DNA of 64,000 bases from Eledone cirrhosa (lineage: Eukaryota), in the NCBI GenBank assembly GCA_964016885.1, contig OZ024745.1, forward strand, positions 91,326,001 through 91,390,000, given 5' to 3'. Positions 63,760 to 64,000 of this stretch are shown piece by piece (within the stretch, counting starts at the first letter, position 1; every line of letters begins with the position of its first letter). Below the pieces are notes generated by a model, which saw only the letters and a list, made by a program, of their open reading frames with translations, did no database searches and was not told where the DNA came from. A program made the translations under genes and the position numbers.

Positions 63760-64000
63760 CAAACACATACACAAGTTTTCACTGTTTATAACAACAAAAT
63801 CCACTTACAAGAAATTGGGATTACAGTAGAAGACACTTACTCAAGATGTCATAGTAAGATTGAACCCAAAACTACATAGTTGTGAACTTAACAATCATGC
63901 CTATACCTCTCTATAAACATTTACACTCTAAATTAGTGATGAGAGTGTCATTTATGATGCTTCTGTGTACATTTTTACAGCATTAGTGTTCACACACAAA

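Overview
AT-rich, microsatellite-dense eukaryotic DNA, most likely an octopod cephalopod (inferred from its SINE, RTE and microsatellite landscape). The one clear host gene is eukaryotic release factor 1 (eRF1/ETF1) on the minus strand: nine GT-AG coding exons at 50801-60073, with the N-terminal ~87 codons not found in the window. There is also a probable terminal exon of an unidentified plus-strand gene at 44626-44999. The rest is transposon-derived: RTE LINE fragments, two tRNA-SINE families, a decayed near-full-length CRE-like (RT + RLE) retrotransposon, internally deleted piggyBac elements and MITEs, a mariner remnant and Penelope-like remnants. Two unannotated signals stand out. First, about a dozen minimal type I hammerhead ribozyme motifs from several families, three sets in large inverted repeats and one with a compensatory U3-A8 core. 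Second, two inverted piggyBac copies bracket exactly the three eRF1 exons (477 nt, frame-preserving) that carry the GGQ motif. Most ORFs in the supplied track are microsatellite artefacts. All calls were read by eye; repeat boundaries are approximate.
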